From Phoronis australis (Eukaryota; Animalia; Phoronida), in contig NMRA01000698.1 of the NCBI GenBank assembly GCA_002633005.1, positions 106,360 through 170,359 on the forward strand: a stretch of DNA of 64,000 bases, read 5' to 3'. Shown here in pieces: positions 12,160 through 26,112 of the stretch; within the stretch, counting starts at the first letter, position 1, and each line of letters starts with the position of its first letter. The notes beneath the pieces are model-generated. The model did no database searches, was not told the DNA's origin, and was given only the letters and a program-made list of their open reading frames with translations. Made by a program: the position numbers and the translations under genes.

Positions 12160-14010
12160 CTGTTTTTTCACAGCCTTCAAGATGTTTGGATAAATGGGCA
12201 CTTTAACTAAATAACTTTAACAACATTATCCTCCCCTGATGCCTTGTAATACGACTGATGTTTTGCATGTTAAATTGTACCATGAAAAACAAATCAAAGC
12301 AATGAACACATTGGATAAGCTACTGATACAGGCACATGAACAGATAGAAGTCTGACCATGAACAGACACAAGTAGTCAAGCAGAGGGTCTCTATATAATT
12401 CCCGTATTCCACAATCCCGCTCTACTTGGCTGTGGGGTAAGATTATCTTGATTATACAACGGTGGCACCGTGTGCACGACGGGCTTTGTCGTTGGGAAGG
12501 GGTGAAATATGACATCTGGCAACCATGGATATTTATCCAGCCTATCCCAGTTCCTTGGATCAGCATTGCAGCCCACGGCTTAGCAGTAATACTTCACAGG
12601 CGTGACTTCAATATATCAAATATAAATTATTCAGACATCAGATGCTAACATGTGAATCTCCATAGGAGGGAAAGAAAGACTGCTGACCTGCCGGCCGTAT
12701 CTGGAGATGTGCTGCTATTTTGTACCTCATGGCATGGAAGAGCGATCAATGTGGAAGGCGAGAACTGCCAGCGATAAAATCAATTCCGAATCATTAAAAA
12801 CAGACTACGAAAGCAAACTTCATTGAATGAACTTCATAATCATTCCAATCGTAACAACCATGATTTTGCCAGCAATATAAATCCAATGCAACATTTTCCC
12901 AATCTATGAAATACAAAAATGAACTTTTCAAAATTTGAAGACACTATGCATTAGACTTGTCTATCTGACATACAAAATTGTACATGTAAATCAATAACAA
13001 GTGGAAACACTTTACGCACATTATACCCAAGTATACAAATCATAAATCCATAACAAATAATAGCATTTGAACCACAGACACTGTTTCCTGGAGTAAATTT
13101 AAGCAGCTTTCACTTGAGGCTGTGGCTCTGCATCACTTGACACAATTATGCTATAATGATATTTAAAGAGTGAAATGGTGGATGTACCATGAATGTGGAT
13201 GGAATTTCCATGAATTATAAGAAAAAAATACGAAAATGAAAAACGTCCATTTCACATTCTTGATTATATTTGAGAAACTGACATTGATGAAAATACCACG
13301 AGATAGGCATATATTTCATGCTTCATTCTAAGGTAGTGTAATTATGTATTTCTGGACTGTGATAAGGAACCAAGAAATTTAAATTGTGCTTCTAAGATTT
13401 GGAAGTTGGGCCCACACAGGGCCCCAGTGTTTGGTAGTGGAGGGCAAACACTGGTTATGTGAAAAATAACTGCCATTAAAAGCTTCTCAAAAACCTGACA
13501 AAATTAGAATGAGAGAAAACTGCATCCATCCCTTATTTTGAGCAAATTTGACATTTTATCAATAGACCTAACTGGTTGTAAAAAAAGGTATAAACGACTA
13601 GGATTGTAATCCTCAACTCTGTTTCACTAATATATTCTTGGTAGCAACAATGACTTAATACCAACCTGTGTAAGGCATGTTTTGATTAAAGAAGAATGTC
13701 AATGGTGACAGGTTAAAAAAACAAACTTAACACTAAGGCAAGCATCATAAAACAGGCCAATGGTTTCAAAACACCAATTACATATTATCTCACCAAACTT
13801 GAACAAAAACAATTATAATTGCACTTTTTCATGGAATGCATATACTCACAACACGACTCAAAAATGATAGTAGGGGGCTGATTATCTTTTGAAATTAATC
13901 TGAGATTTCCTGAATGTTTCTCATTTTTGGCAAACGAGGAAACTTTCAATGTACTCCGTAACATGTGGGATCAAGAAATTAACACACTAAAGTCAATTTA
14001 CTTCATTCAT

Positions 14011-17000
14011 TTAAAAGTTACTGGCACAACCGGCGACACCTGGCAGCACGCCGTCTAACTTGCTGATTATGTGATCAATGAGATACTTTTCATTCTTTGC
14101 TTCCTGCAGGTAAAAATGATGCCCGGGTAATCTTTCCAGATGGAATGATTGGGAGCTGGTCAGATCACGGAATCCTGAAAAACAGACAGAAAAGCATTGA
14201 ATCATCAGTAAGTTCTTTTGCACAATGTAGTTTAGCTTTAGTCAGAATGAGAAAAACACTTTTTGGACATAGGTGTCGAGAAATAACTTGTTAAAAATAA
14301 AAAGACCCACTCCATAATGACAGCCACTAGAAATCAATTTGACAGCAGCAGTTTTGTGACAATGGTGCAATTTTATTACGTCCCAGTGTACATAAAAACA
14401 TTGAGCTCACAAACTGTAGAAGCTCTTTCTGATGGCTCCAATTCATCAGCAGAAAAGTAATTCTTTTCAAAATAGACGTTGCCTGCTCTTAATTCCAAAG
14501 GCCATCTTGGGAGTTAAATTTCGCCAAAGTGCATAGCTGGTCTGGACACACACCTTCAATGTCTCTGTATCTGTCCTTGTCTCCATCAAATGCACTGATG
14601 GGGCAGGTAAGAGGAGGCGTGTCAGGTAAAGTGTACCTGTAAAATTCAATTAAAAAATGATGTAAAAAAATGAATAAAAAACTGAATTTAAGACCACAAA
14701 AAGTTCGGATATCATAATTTACCATGCGATGAGTAACATACGAAAACAGATCCTGCAATGTTTTGACTCATTGCAGGTGTATTTTCTTTTTGAAAAAGTG
14801 CAAGACTAAAAATATCGTGCCACTGGCTCAATTTTCAAAAAATAGAGACCTGAACCAATTATGCTTTTTGGCACAAGCAGTATTTCCCGTGTATATTTTG
14901 TGACTGGACATTCTTGTTGAAATCATAATTCTACAACAGAATCACAGAGACAATTTGAGAGCATGTTCTTAAGGAACTTATAAAAGACTGTCAAATCAGC
15001 AACTACTGTTAATAACTGACCAAATCACAAGCGAGAAATCCAGAAAGCACAAAACTCTGTTTACCAGCTACTCTGTCCAACCACTATATTGCAAAATGGC
15101 CAAGAAGTTTGTCTCTGCATAGTTGAGACCAAATTTGTAACAATAGTTATAGAAGCTTAATTATATTGTCTACAAAGTTTTGAAAACTGCTGAAGTCTGG
15201 TTTAAGTAGGTAAGCATAACCATTCCAAAACTAGGATTCAGAATAATTTAAATCCAAACTTGTAATGACCACCTCAGTCAATAAATTCTTTTTCTAATAC
15301 CACAGCACCATCTTTGGTTCAGTGGTAAATATCAACAATTTATGCTACATGCCCATAGGGCACTAAGCTCCACACTGCTGCCACCTGCATTAAGATTAGT
15401 TTCAATTGCCACTTGCAATGGTGATGCCAATTAAATTTTCCTGTACATCATAACGAGACATTAATCTTCTTTTGAAGCAAAGTGTGGCACAATGAATCCT
15501 TATTCNATGGGGCAGGTGAGAGGAGGCGTGTCAGGTAAAGTGTACCTGTAAAATTCAATTAAAAACTGATGTAAACAGATGAACAAAAAATGAATTTAAG
15601 ACCACAAAAAGTTCGGATATCATAATTTACCATGCGATGAGTAACATACAAAAACAGATCCTGCAATGTTTTGACTCGTTGGAGTTGTATTTTCTTTTTG
15701 AAAAAGTGCAAGACTAAAAATATCGTGCCACCGGCTCAATTTTCAAAAAATATAGACCAGAACCAATTATGCTTTTTGGCACAAGCAGTATTTCCCGTGT
15801 ATATTTTGTGACTGGACATTCTTATTGGAATCATAATTCCACAACACAACCACAGAGACAACTTAAGAGCGTGTTCTTAAGGAACTTATGAAAGACTGTC
15901 AAATCAGCAAATACTGTAAATAACTGACCAAATCACAAGCGAGAAATCCAGAAAGCACAAAACTTTGTTTTCCAGCTACTCTGTCCAACCACTATATTGC
16001 AAAATGGCCAAGAAGTTTGTCTCTGCATAGTTGAGACCAAATTTGTAACAATAGTTATAGAAGCTTAATTATATTGTCTACAAAGTTTTGAAAACTGCTG
16101 AAGTCTGGTTTAAGTAGGTAAGCATAACCATTCCAAAACTAGGATTCAGAATAATTTAAATCCAAACTTGTAATGACCACCTCAGTCAATAAATTCTTTT
16201 TCTAATACCACAGCACCATCTTTGGTTCAGTGGTAAATATCAACAATTTATGCTACATGCCCATAGGGCACTAAGCTCCACACTGCTGCCACCTGCATTA
16301 AGATTAGTTTCAATTGCCACTTGCAATGGTGATGCCAATTAAATTTTCCTGTACATCATAACGAGACATTAATCTTCTTTTGAAGCAAAGTGTGGCACAA
16401 TGAATCCTTATTCGCTTGCCTGAAAAGGCAAAATCAGCATGTAACCATAGCAATTCATTCAAAAAAATTATATCTATCATACCTTCTACAAAAGAGATGA
16501 CTTTGGAATGCGGGAATTAATGCATTAGGGTTATCAAGCACACACTGGTGATAAGGCAGCTGCCAACACTAATCAGTCTGCTCACTAGAGATCCTAACAT
16601 TAAGCCAGCACATCTTAATGTGGATGCAGGTGCATATAATTACAAGATAAGAGACAATAGAAAAGAATTGCAAGATTGTCAGACCCGCCTTTGTTCATCT
16701 ATAACATTCTATATGTATTGCCTAGAAATCTTAGTCGAATTGTTAGGTTATGTAAGCCCTAGAAAAATGTCCATTCTTGCCAACGTCAGGACACCATATC
16801 TCAGAAGTGTCTGGGTGGATTCGCATAAAATTCACTGTGCTTTGCACACTATTCTCCAAAGTGCTGTTAGGGATTGGTTGATAAATTATTCTACTTTTGC
16901 ATTAGGGGCAATAAAAATAAGACTTAAACCAAATGAAAATTTAGAAAACCGTAACAGCGTCTTTGAGATTCTTTTTAACATTGAGATGATATGAAATTTG

Positions 17001-20000
17001 TTCATATTAAGTTATTGATCCTGTTGTTTTGCTTCTATTTTACCTTTCTTTTACTAAATTTTAAGGAATTTCTACTTTCACAAAATATAAAAATTTGCTG
17101 AGTTAAATGTTATACATGTAGCTTGGTAGAAATTTGATTAAAGGTACAGTATTGTCAACAAGGTCCAACATAAGTAAAAATTCTAACCAAAACCCAATAA
17201 ACGCTGTCAACTGCTGACTTTCAAGATAGTTGTGCCATACTGAAATCCACTAACCCGCCAGATGGCAATCAGGTTTTAGGCAGACAAGCATTCAGCGCCA
17301 CTTTTCCTGCCATTATAGTGCCGCAAATTTTCGCTGCTGTGAGGCGGGGTGTACAAATGTCTTAGGGATATGGCAAACCTTTTGAAATGGATGAACATGG
17401 ACATCATGCCTCGAAATATAAGGCTAGTAGCTCACTTCTAAGCTGCTTTTCATTTTTCACGAATCAGAGAAGACGCTGTAGTATTCCGGTAAATGGTTAG
17501 CATACATTGCTATATTTGTGAAAAGGAACAGCTTATAATCAAACGAAGAGTGTTCATGAGAACAGAATGCTGTATATTGTACTTACAAATACTTGTCGAG
17601 GAGCCTCAGGTCTTCCCTGATGACAGGAACAAAAAGTTTTAGATACTCATCTCCCAACTCAGGTGGGGTACCTCCTGTAACATTAATGGCAGCATGTAGT
17701 GTGGGGTGACAAAAAAACCCAGAATCCAAAAACTTTTGAATGCGTTCTTCTAATTCCTTTTTTAAAAAATAGAGAAATTCCATGCAAACTGACTCATAAC
17801 ATACACATACTGAAGCCAGGAAGAGTCATGTAATTTTGAAAAAAAAATTGTAATGAAAAATGGATTATGTAGGATTATTGATTGCAAAAATATTTTTGTC
17901 AGGGACACCCTTCAAAATATTACCATTATTTGTTAATTCAATACCACTGAAAGGGATGATTCATAATTTCCACACACTGACATACCCTAACACAACTTGC
18001 ACTAGGGGCACTGAACTTGCCCCACTTTAAGTGAAGCGTCCACACACACATATCCGATAACTAGGGTAAGGCGGAAGTTGTCGTTCTGAGCATGACAACT
18101 GTTGTGAATGAGGCGTTTAAAAGAAGATCTGTTAGTATGTAACCACAGCAGATAATTACTTCTACCTTGCCCCAGGTTTGCGGCAACACAGCGATTACAA
18201 GTAGTGCAGATTACCTTAGAACAAGTTACCCACCTCAATAAGGTGGAGTGAGTTGTCACAAGTGGAGTAAGTTGCACACAGCATCCAAACTAGCGACAAC
18301 TCGTTGCAGGAGTAACTTGTTCCAGGGTAAGTGCGTGAATGGATGGCAATATACTGAACAATGATTGATAGCAAAACTGGTTTATAATATACAGAAAAAT
18401 CCTACCCATCCATGACACAATACTTGACAATGTATCAAATTTTATAGTGTAATGCTTTTTTCAGAAAAGATAGATAAATGCTCATTATTATCACTCTAAT
18501 ATTTTACACAATAGCTGCCATCAGGCAATGCTGAAAAGCGAAAAAAATGATTAAAGTTGGAAATTTAGTCCGAAGTTGGCATGATTTCACCAATTCATGA
18601 AACAGTTCTAATAAAATTCTCAACGTGTTCTACAAAAATGTGAAATGATGACAACATTTTCTTATTACTCACCATTTTTCACAATCCACTCCTGAAATTC
18701 CTCCTCACTAATTTTTGATCTTTTTTCGATAGAAATCAACCTTACAGGAGACTGAAACGACAAAACAACACTAAGGATAAGAATATGTTGTACAGGCATT
18801 AGAAAGACTAGAACTGACATGATAAAACAAAATTAATTTCATCCACATTCTGAACCGCATTACACCTTTCAAAGGAACTCATTCTTCCAAAAGCATATAA
18901 TTACACCACCCTACAATGTAATTCACTTCCTTGTAAGGTGTTCATAAGATGACAAGATAGAAAATAAAAAGACTTTCTTCTTTCTAATTCAACCTCGCAT
19001 GATCATTTCATAGCGTGACTGATTTTACACACAGTTATCTAAGAGCTTAAGTTGAAATTTAACTTGAAATAATTATGTTTGGCATGTTCTATAATACAAT
19101 GTGCAAAAACTCAATTTAAGTGTCTATTAATCTATGCTTGAGTAAATAATGGCATACACAGATAATAGATCAAGTAGTATTATCTCTTTGTTTGCTTTTG
19201 ATAACCCCTGCATTGAGACTAAACATTCAAGTCTGCGAAACTAGAAATCTCGAGTTTTTATTCGAATTTGTAGCTCAAGGGGTCATCAAGTGCGAACTTG
19301 GACTAGAATCTCATGCGCGTAAAACGCAATTTACTCGACCACATACTAAACTTATCTTGAGTTTGCATAAAACGAGACTAGAAAATGCCAAAAATAATTT
19401 CGAGTTCAATTTCAAGTACAAAGATTAGATCCCAACCCCTCAGCAAAACCCTTTTAAAAGCAAAATCTAAGGAACAATTTTCTAAAGTTACATGGGACAA
19501 TGAGTAAAGCTTGACATATTCGTTACAAAATGACAAACAATGCAACTACACTTCCCACAAATTCAATATTTACATTTTGTGAAAAAATGATACACCGAAA
19601 ATATAATGAAAGATGTAATGCATAACTAGACAAGACAAAACAGCCTGAAATGAAATTTGGGCTAATGCACAAATATGCAAAGCACTTAATGAGTACCCGG
19701 TAAAAACGCACTACTTCGGAATTCTGTAGGCACATGTGCCTAAATAATTATGCATGTACACCGTGAGCTGTAATTGACCTATCCTAAGCTTCGCACCCTT
19801 GTGGAGAGTCAACAAACAAACAATAAGTTTTACCCAGCAACGTGTTGTTTTTCGGGTAAAATGGCGGCTTGGAAACCAAGATGTGTCAAGAATGTTGCGT
19901 TCTGATTGGTCAAATAAACCGTCACAAATAAGCCGTCACTCAAAATCCCAGCAATACCTGGTAAGTCAATTATTCCTGCTCATCAAAAAAACAAAGGAAC

Positions 20001-22756
20001 TTTTACACCTAGAAAAGTTTCGCATTGTAACACATAGGTAATATTTTTAACAAGACTAAGGAGTTGCAGACAAAGTTTTTTGAAAAACCTATGATCCCTC
20101 TGCCGGATGTAAATTAAATGAGTTAGACAGCATAGTCATATTAATCTATTAGTGGCTTTGTATTCAATACAAGACAACAGCAAATAGTAAGCTACACTAC
20201 AGGCCAAAGTAGTAGAACAAAACACGACCGTTTCTCAGTGAGTCTTGCCTGATGGGAAATTCCAAACAGCGAAAATGAATATGACCCAATCCAGCTACAA
20301 TCTGTCTCCTAATCTAATCATGCTTGCTAACTTTTTCTGTCCCACCTGGTCATAAGGGACAGTAAAATACGCGTCCGCTAAGATGTCATAAGGGAACCCA
20401 GAGCTTCATTAAAACTACATCTCTTCTCATATCGTATCTCTTTTCATATCGTATCTCTTCTATTGCCCAATTTAATATTAAAGCTGCATTTCACCTCAAT
20501 TAGCTGGCTAAAAAACATAAATCCAGCTGGGCTATTTTACTCTCATAATATTAGTCCAGTGACATTTGATACTGGGATAGGAGTGTACACTACGGAGTGC
20601 TTAATATTGTGAGAACCATTTTGATGAGAGTGAAAGATGTAGTTTGACTTTCGTTTTTAGCCAGCTAAGTGGGGCAGAATGAAGCAAGCTGCTTTAAATT
20701 TTTGTGCTCAGCTTACAGGAACATGGCAAAATTTTACACGAAACTTCGACTTTTCCTACACTGGACAGAAATTTTAAGTTAGTTAGGCACTTAATTCACC
20801 AATGCTCAATTACAGGGTCCAGGATTTGAGACCTACGTTGTTGCCATTATTCAGAAAAACCCGGGAATGACCAGGCAGAATCGTCAAAGAGGAAAGTTTT
20901 ACGTACATGAGGAGCAGAGCTGGCAGAAACAAACATATAAATTGGTTCCATTCCATGCTCTTCCTTGAGAACTCTGGCAGTCTCAAACGCCATACAACTA
21001 CCGAAACTGAAAATTCAATGAAATACGATTTTCTTCATCGGATAAACAACTCATTAATCCCCAAAGATGTCACAAAACACTAAGACCTATGTGGCGTCAT
21101 CTTTGAATTATATGGTACAGTAGTGAATTAGCAAATGATAGATGAAGCATCGACCGAATAGAATTTGCTAGCTGTCAGACTTAATCAATAGCAAGATTCA
21201 ACACCACAATCTCAACCGAATTTGAAATGTCAGCTTCTCCTAAGGGCTGCAAATATTCTGTGGACTATGTGAAAATGCCAGAGAACACTACCGACAGCAT
21301 TTTATAGTTACGGCATTTAAACTTCAGTGAAATTTTAATAATCTTTGATCTGGGATAACTTCAGAAATGTGTGATTATCGGTCAATTGACCCACAGGGCA
21401 TCAAATCTATGTTCCAAAATTGGAGGACAGGGTCACATTAGTGAGGCCTATTGGCATATTGTTTTGGGGAGGCAGCATTTGAATATACGTGACTTAGTGT
21501 GTTATTTCAGTACGTTACCCTATTATTGATAGCCCGAGGTGTGAACGGCTAACTCATATAACTGCATTCCAATTTAACCTCACTCAGAAATTCCAGATTA
21601 GATTTGCATTTTCATGATAAAATATCTTGGCTAACATAGTTGTTTTGATCAGTTGTTCTGCATAGTAGTATTAGAACTTGAATACAAAGTGAACTTCATG
21701 CTCTTGTCATAATTTCACAACAAAATTCAATGCATACCTGTGACCAAAGAAGGCAAACGGCTTGTCATTGTAACCTCTTAAAAAAAACTCTGTGATTACT
21801 TCTTTTGTCAAGTCTTCATGACTCTTGTGGATTGGCTCCTGAAAGCGATTTTCACGGCCTGGCAGGCGAATAGCGATAACTGAAAAATATTCAAAACTGC
21901 TGTGAGCCATGTTCTGGTTTCCAAAAACAACTTTCTTTACAGGGCATGTTTGCTTATTCAAAGCTTCGTCATTGTGTTCTTTATCCTTTTGTTTACAGCG
22001 CCCCTTAAATCTCATTGTATTTACCTTAAATGCCGCAATATTTATCTAGCACTTTTATAGCAGCTTGTTTTCTAGCCGTTGGAGTTCCACATATTCTTTG
22101 TTGTTGTTGTACATGTATACTAAATACAAGTTTTTCTAGGCAGCATTACTCAAATCATCATTCCAATGTCAACAAAGCATTACTGCTATGCTGTGGACTG
22201 CAACTCCAATGGGAGAAAGTTCGATAAACATGACAAACACCAATAGATGCCGTTCTTCACCCAGTTCCTGATATCATTCAAACTAAGATTAGAAAATTAC
22301 CGATAATTTTGAAAAGTTGAAAACAGATATTTCCATGGCCATACACAAAGTACACGTCAATGGCGGCCAACATGACCTGTAAAAATGCATGTGCATGATA
22401 TTCCAAAACAGGAGATATGAGAACAAGCTGCTTTCTTATTTCTGAGACAACAGAGTCTTTTATGACTGTGTTGGTTTTCCAAATAACTTAGCCGACTTGT
22501 AGTAAAAATCTGTTTATTTGAATTGAATTGACTGGTAAATACTAATAGCTGCCAGCCCAACTTGACAACTAGTTGTCATGGGTGGCATTTGATGCACTGC
22601 CACTGTTCTCGACTTAACATTACCTTCTATTGTTTTTGGGAATTTCGGCACTAAGCTGGCATAGTAGTTTGTTCCGCCTCCAGCCCACGGAAAACAAAAC
22701 AGGCGGCATAACGCGTTTGGTCTTTTCTCCCGACAGTTAAAAAGTTTTGCCGACAT
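14011..22756 (-). CDS. OLAH: Standalone type II thioesterase (S-acyl fatty acid synthase thioesterase / oleoyl-ACP hydrolase-like, GrsT family), 7 coding exons, 262 aa from the ATG at 22756 (313 aa from the upstream in-frame ATG at 22909)
   Basis: Exons (minus): 22756-22624, 21879-21738, 21006-20907, 18751-18673, 17674-17587, 14636-14554, 14174-14011. All GT-AG and phase-compatible, 789 nt total. Translation has TE-II hallmarks: [17 protein letters not shown], nucleophile motif FGHSFG (Ser codon split across intron 2), GGTP, REDL, and C-terminal catalytic-His motif PGHHFYL. Confidence 0.93.
14598..16413. repeat. ~908-bp tandem duplication across a single N (14598-15505 / 15507-16413); probable assembly overlap of two haplotypes
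   Basis: The two copies abut the N at 15506, differ by a few substitutions in the first half and look identical in the second. The second copy includes only part of thioesterase exon 6. Confidence 0.85.
20482..20693. mobile_element. TTAA-flanked MITE (Kolobok/piggyBac-type ends)
   Basis: TTAA at 20478-20481 and 20694-20697, AG...CT termini, perfect subterminal inverted 15-mer TTAGCTGGCTAAAAA / TTTTTAGCCAGCTAA. Confidence 0.6.
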
Positions 22757-22909
22757 GTTGCCCTTCCTGGCACTGCCACTGGCGCTGGTAGTAGTTGAGA
22801 CTGCTCTTCCACTGGCAACAACTGCTACAGCGCATCGACGTAGACTATTTACACAATTAACGGGGATAGGCGACAGACGAGTTTTGACACATTTGTATAA
22901 AATGTGCAT

Positions 22910-23303
22910 ATCAGGCGACACTTTCACCAGCATAAACCAGCATTCGGCAATCAAGTTGCCCACTCAGCTACTCAGCTGTTTGGAGGATCGTGCCGACCGT
23001 GTTGACTTCAGCGCCCTCAACGGTGATTTTTTATCGCTTATGCTCATTGAAATGTAACTAATTTCGTATAAAGTTTCATGGCTTTTGGTCGACTGACAGT
23101 GATTTCTCAGCGGTGGGCTCATACATTCCATAAATATTTGAAGCACTTTAATATCCAGTGGTAAAAAGAATAAATTATACATTGCCAATTATTTGTTATT
23201 GTGTTCGGTCATTTTCGTTGTTTTATGAGGCCTCGTAGTAGTTGTGGACTGCTTGACGTAGCAGTGCTTGGTCTTGTCGCAGACCTGTTCTTAAACAGCT
23301 GAG
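22910..23303. promoter_or_regulatory. Probable bidirectional promoter and non-coding first exon of the SLC22 gene
   Basis: The thioesterase starts at 22756/22909 on minus. On plus, a strong donor GAG|GTAAGT lies at 23303/23304 and an acceptor (tttctcatttcag, ending 25951) precedes the SLC22 ATG exon. The region is locally CpG-richer. TSS positions are not observable. Confidence 0.5.
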
Positions 23304-24934
23304 GTAAGTTTAGGTTAAAATTTTTATTAAGTCGCCGTATACGTCGGTAGCATATCCACATAAACACTTATTCATTTCAAAATGCTGCGAATAACGTCGA
23401 TAATACATGAGCGGCGCAGCACTAAAAAGTGGGGGAGGCTATGGCTATATTGGCTATTGCTCCAGCAGTGCACCGCCTATGCAAGTACACTCCGAAACCC
23501 TATAGTCGTCCGCCTAAGCATAAAACCGGCTTGTTGTCTTACTCACCCAATTATTCCACTTCAAAGTTATGATCTGAATAGGACTTGATTTAACTCTCAC
23601 AAATATATAGTATTCGTTGATTCAAACGTTTTCTTTTACTTAAGCCGAGTTGTTCAACTGTGCATTGGTTTTCGGCAGCCATTTTATAATGACACCTATG
23701 GTCGTCATGTGCTGCCGCCTTTTGAAAGGACAGAAAACCACACAGAAAAAGGCCAAGAAAATAGTGGAAAGTGGTTTACAGCAACTCTACTTCAACCACA
23801 AACTGTTTTACTGGTATGATATCGATTTTTAAATCGATTAAAATTGATTTAGAATTTCAGTTCTGGAAAATAAATCACAATTGTTTTATTCCAGGCAGAC
23901 CTTACTTATTTTGTATTTGTGACCTCTTTATTTGACTTTTTGCTCTTGTTGTTCTTAACATCACTTATCTCTGCTGTCCTTCTTTTTCTTTTCAGTTTCT
24001 CTTCATTCTCTGTTAACACCTTGTCAGCCAAAACAGAACTGTAAGCCTTTGAGACTTGGTAGGCGGAAGTTGATCATTGAACCTCGATACAATTGTTCTA
24101 ATAAATTACCCATAATTGTATTGTTTGATTTTTTCTCATCTTTAACAGGCTTCTGCATTCATAAATAAATAAATAAATACCCAAGTTGCATTTGAATTTT
24201 ATTGCTCAATCTCTTCTTTTATTTTTGATTATGTCATGCTGTGTTGTATGTAACAAATGCAATATAGTGAAATAAAGTCAATGTTTTACTTTATTGGTGG
24301 CCATTCTCTATCAATTCAAGTATTTTAATTTTCTTCAAATAAATTCAAAATGCTTTAACCAAAATTTTCAACATAAATGTTGAGTTCAGTACTGTGTTTT
24401 GCAATAAAAAAACAAGTGAACAATATTTTGATGACCAAGGCGTGGGCCGAAACTGTTAAGCACCCAGCGTGTTCCATTTGTCTGCTGCGTTTTTCCTTTG
24501 GCCTAACAGATGTCGGTTAGTGCCTGGGACAAATAGATACATTGCATAAACAATCCCTGGGTTGCTTTTTGTTCCGTCTGAAGAAAATTTAATTTCGAAA
24601 ATATCTTCTGAAAATGAACAAAAAAGTGCATTAGTAAAATCAACAAGTTTTTAAGTGGTCTCAAAAAAACAGTCGGTAAATGCATTAATTTTAGTCTCAG
24701 TTCTTCCACGCGTGTTTCTCCCGAGAGGTTAGTACCTAACGTGCAGACGAGCGTTCCAAATTGGAACGCTAAGTCCCGCGTGGCAGCGCTGCACGCGAAA
24801 CAAGATGGCGGACGACCTTTGGAGACTGACGACGAGAGGTAATCGGACTATATTTATGATGGCAATCCCTACTGGGCACGGGTGCTTCACTTCAGCCTGG
24901 TCCATATCAAGCACAAAACTCAATAAATTTACAC

Positions 24935-24997
24935 AATTAGGTTGAAATATAATTTTAATTAGGTTGAAATATAATTTTAATTAGGTTGAAATATAAT
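24935..24997. repeat. 22-bp minisatellite, ~2.9 copies
   Basis: Unit AATTAGGTTGAAATATAATTTT repeated. Confidence 0.9.
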
Positions 24998-26112
24998 CAC
25001 TATATTTGTAAAATTATGCTTTAATTATAGATGATGATGTACGTGTTAGGACTGTTAGGTTTCATTCTCTTGAGATATTTTCTTTTTTCAGTGTCTCGTT
25101 AGCCAACAACCGTAGTCCAGCAGACGGACCCCACAGCAGCTACGGGTTCACTAAGTAGAAATGGCTGTAATATATTTTATGTACTATCAATACTAAGTCA
25201 AAAGAGAATGGTTTCAATATATAATAGTATCTATTTAAAGATCTGAACATACATCTGAACATACGTACATGTAGGAACTGGCAGGAAATTGCTAGCATGC
25301 ACTATAAACATGTTAGTGGCCATGATTAATAATAGCCGACAGTATAAACAAAGAGTGATGCACTGAGCTCATCATGTTTCACTGGCAGTGTGATGTCAGT
25401 AGCTGTAGAATGTAGGTGAGAGTGCTGGGTCAAGATTCAGTTCTCACAAGAATGTCTCATGACTGTGAGCAGCGCTATCTGATAGTAAAGCGTCATTGCA
25501 TCCAGCGCCATCTGTTTGCGGTAAAGGTTTTGGATGAGCGGGTACCTTTTGCATATCTGATTGTTTGACCTGCAAGCTACATGTCATCACACACATACAC
25601 CAATGAGAATGTAGAATGCTTTGTTGGCTAAATAGCAAATATCTAGCTGCTTAATATGTAGCTGATCTGTCGGTCAAGTTGCAAAACTGATCCTCAACGT
25701 TAAGAATTACTGCTGCTCCTTGCGTTGCTGATGAGGTTCCAGAGAAAGGCTACCTTTACCTTGTACCAAAAAATCCTCTCACAGGAGGCTTGTTCTCTTT
25801 TTTCCTCAGCAGGAGCCCGCAAAATGATTTTTGTTTAGAAATTTGACCTTATGAAATTCCATTTATCTACCAGATTGCGTCCCATTCTGATTGTTTTTCT
25901 GTTTTAATTTAAAACAGTACCATCATGCTAATGTATATTTTCTCATTTCAGTTCCGTGCAAGTGACATCTTTATTATTGTCAATGGATCAGTGACTGACA
26001 TCAAGAAGTGTTCCCAGGCAATGCGCTGCTGACCTAGGATCACCCAGAAGACAAACGCTACTCTGCAGTTGCCCCAGGGTTACAACCCTGTGGACAGTCT
26101 TGTGCAAAAACA

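Noticed and set aside
15507-15545. Second copy of thioesterase exon 6 suggesting mutually exclusive exons
   Set aside because: It is truncated exactly at the N at 15506 and is part of a near-identical 908-bp overlap; most likely an assembly artefact.
16548-16994. 148-aa plus-strand ORF inside a thioesterase intron
   Set aside because: GTG start, no splice support and no recognisable motif.
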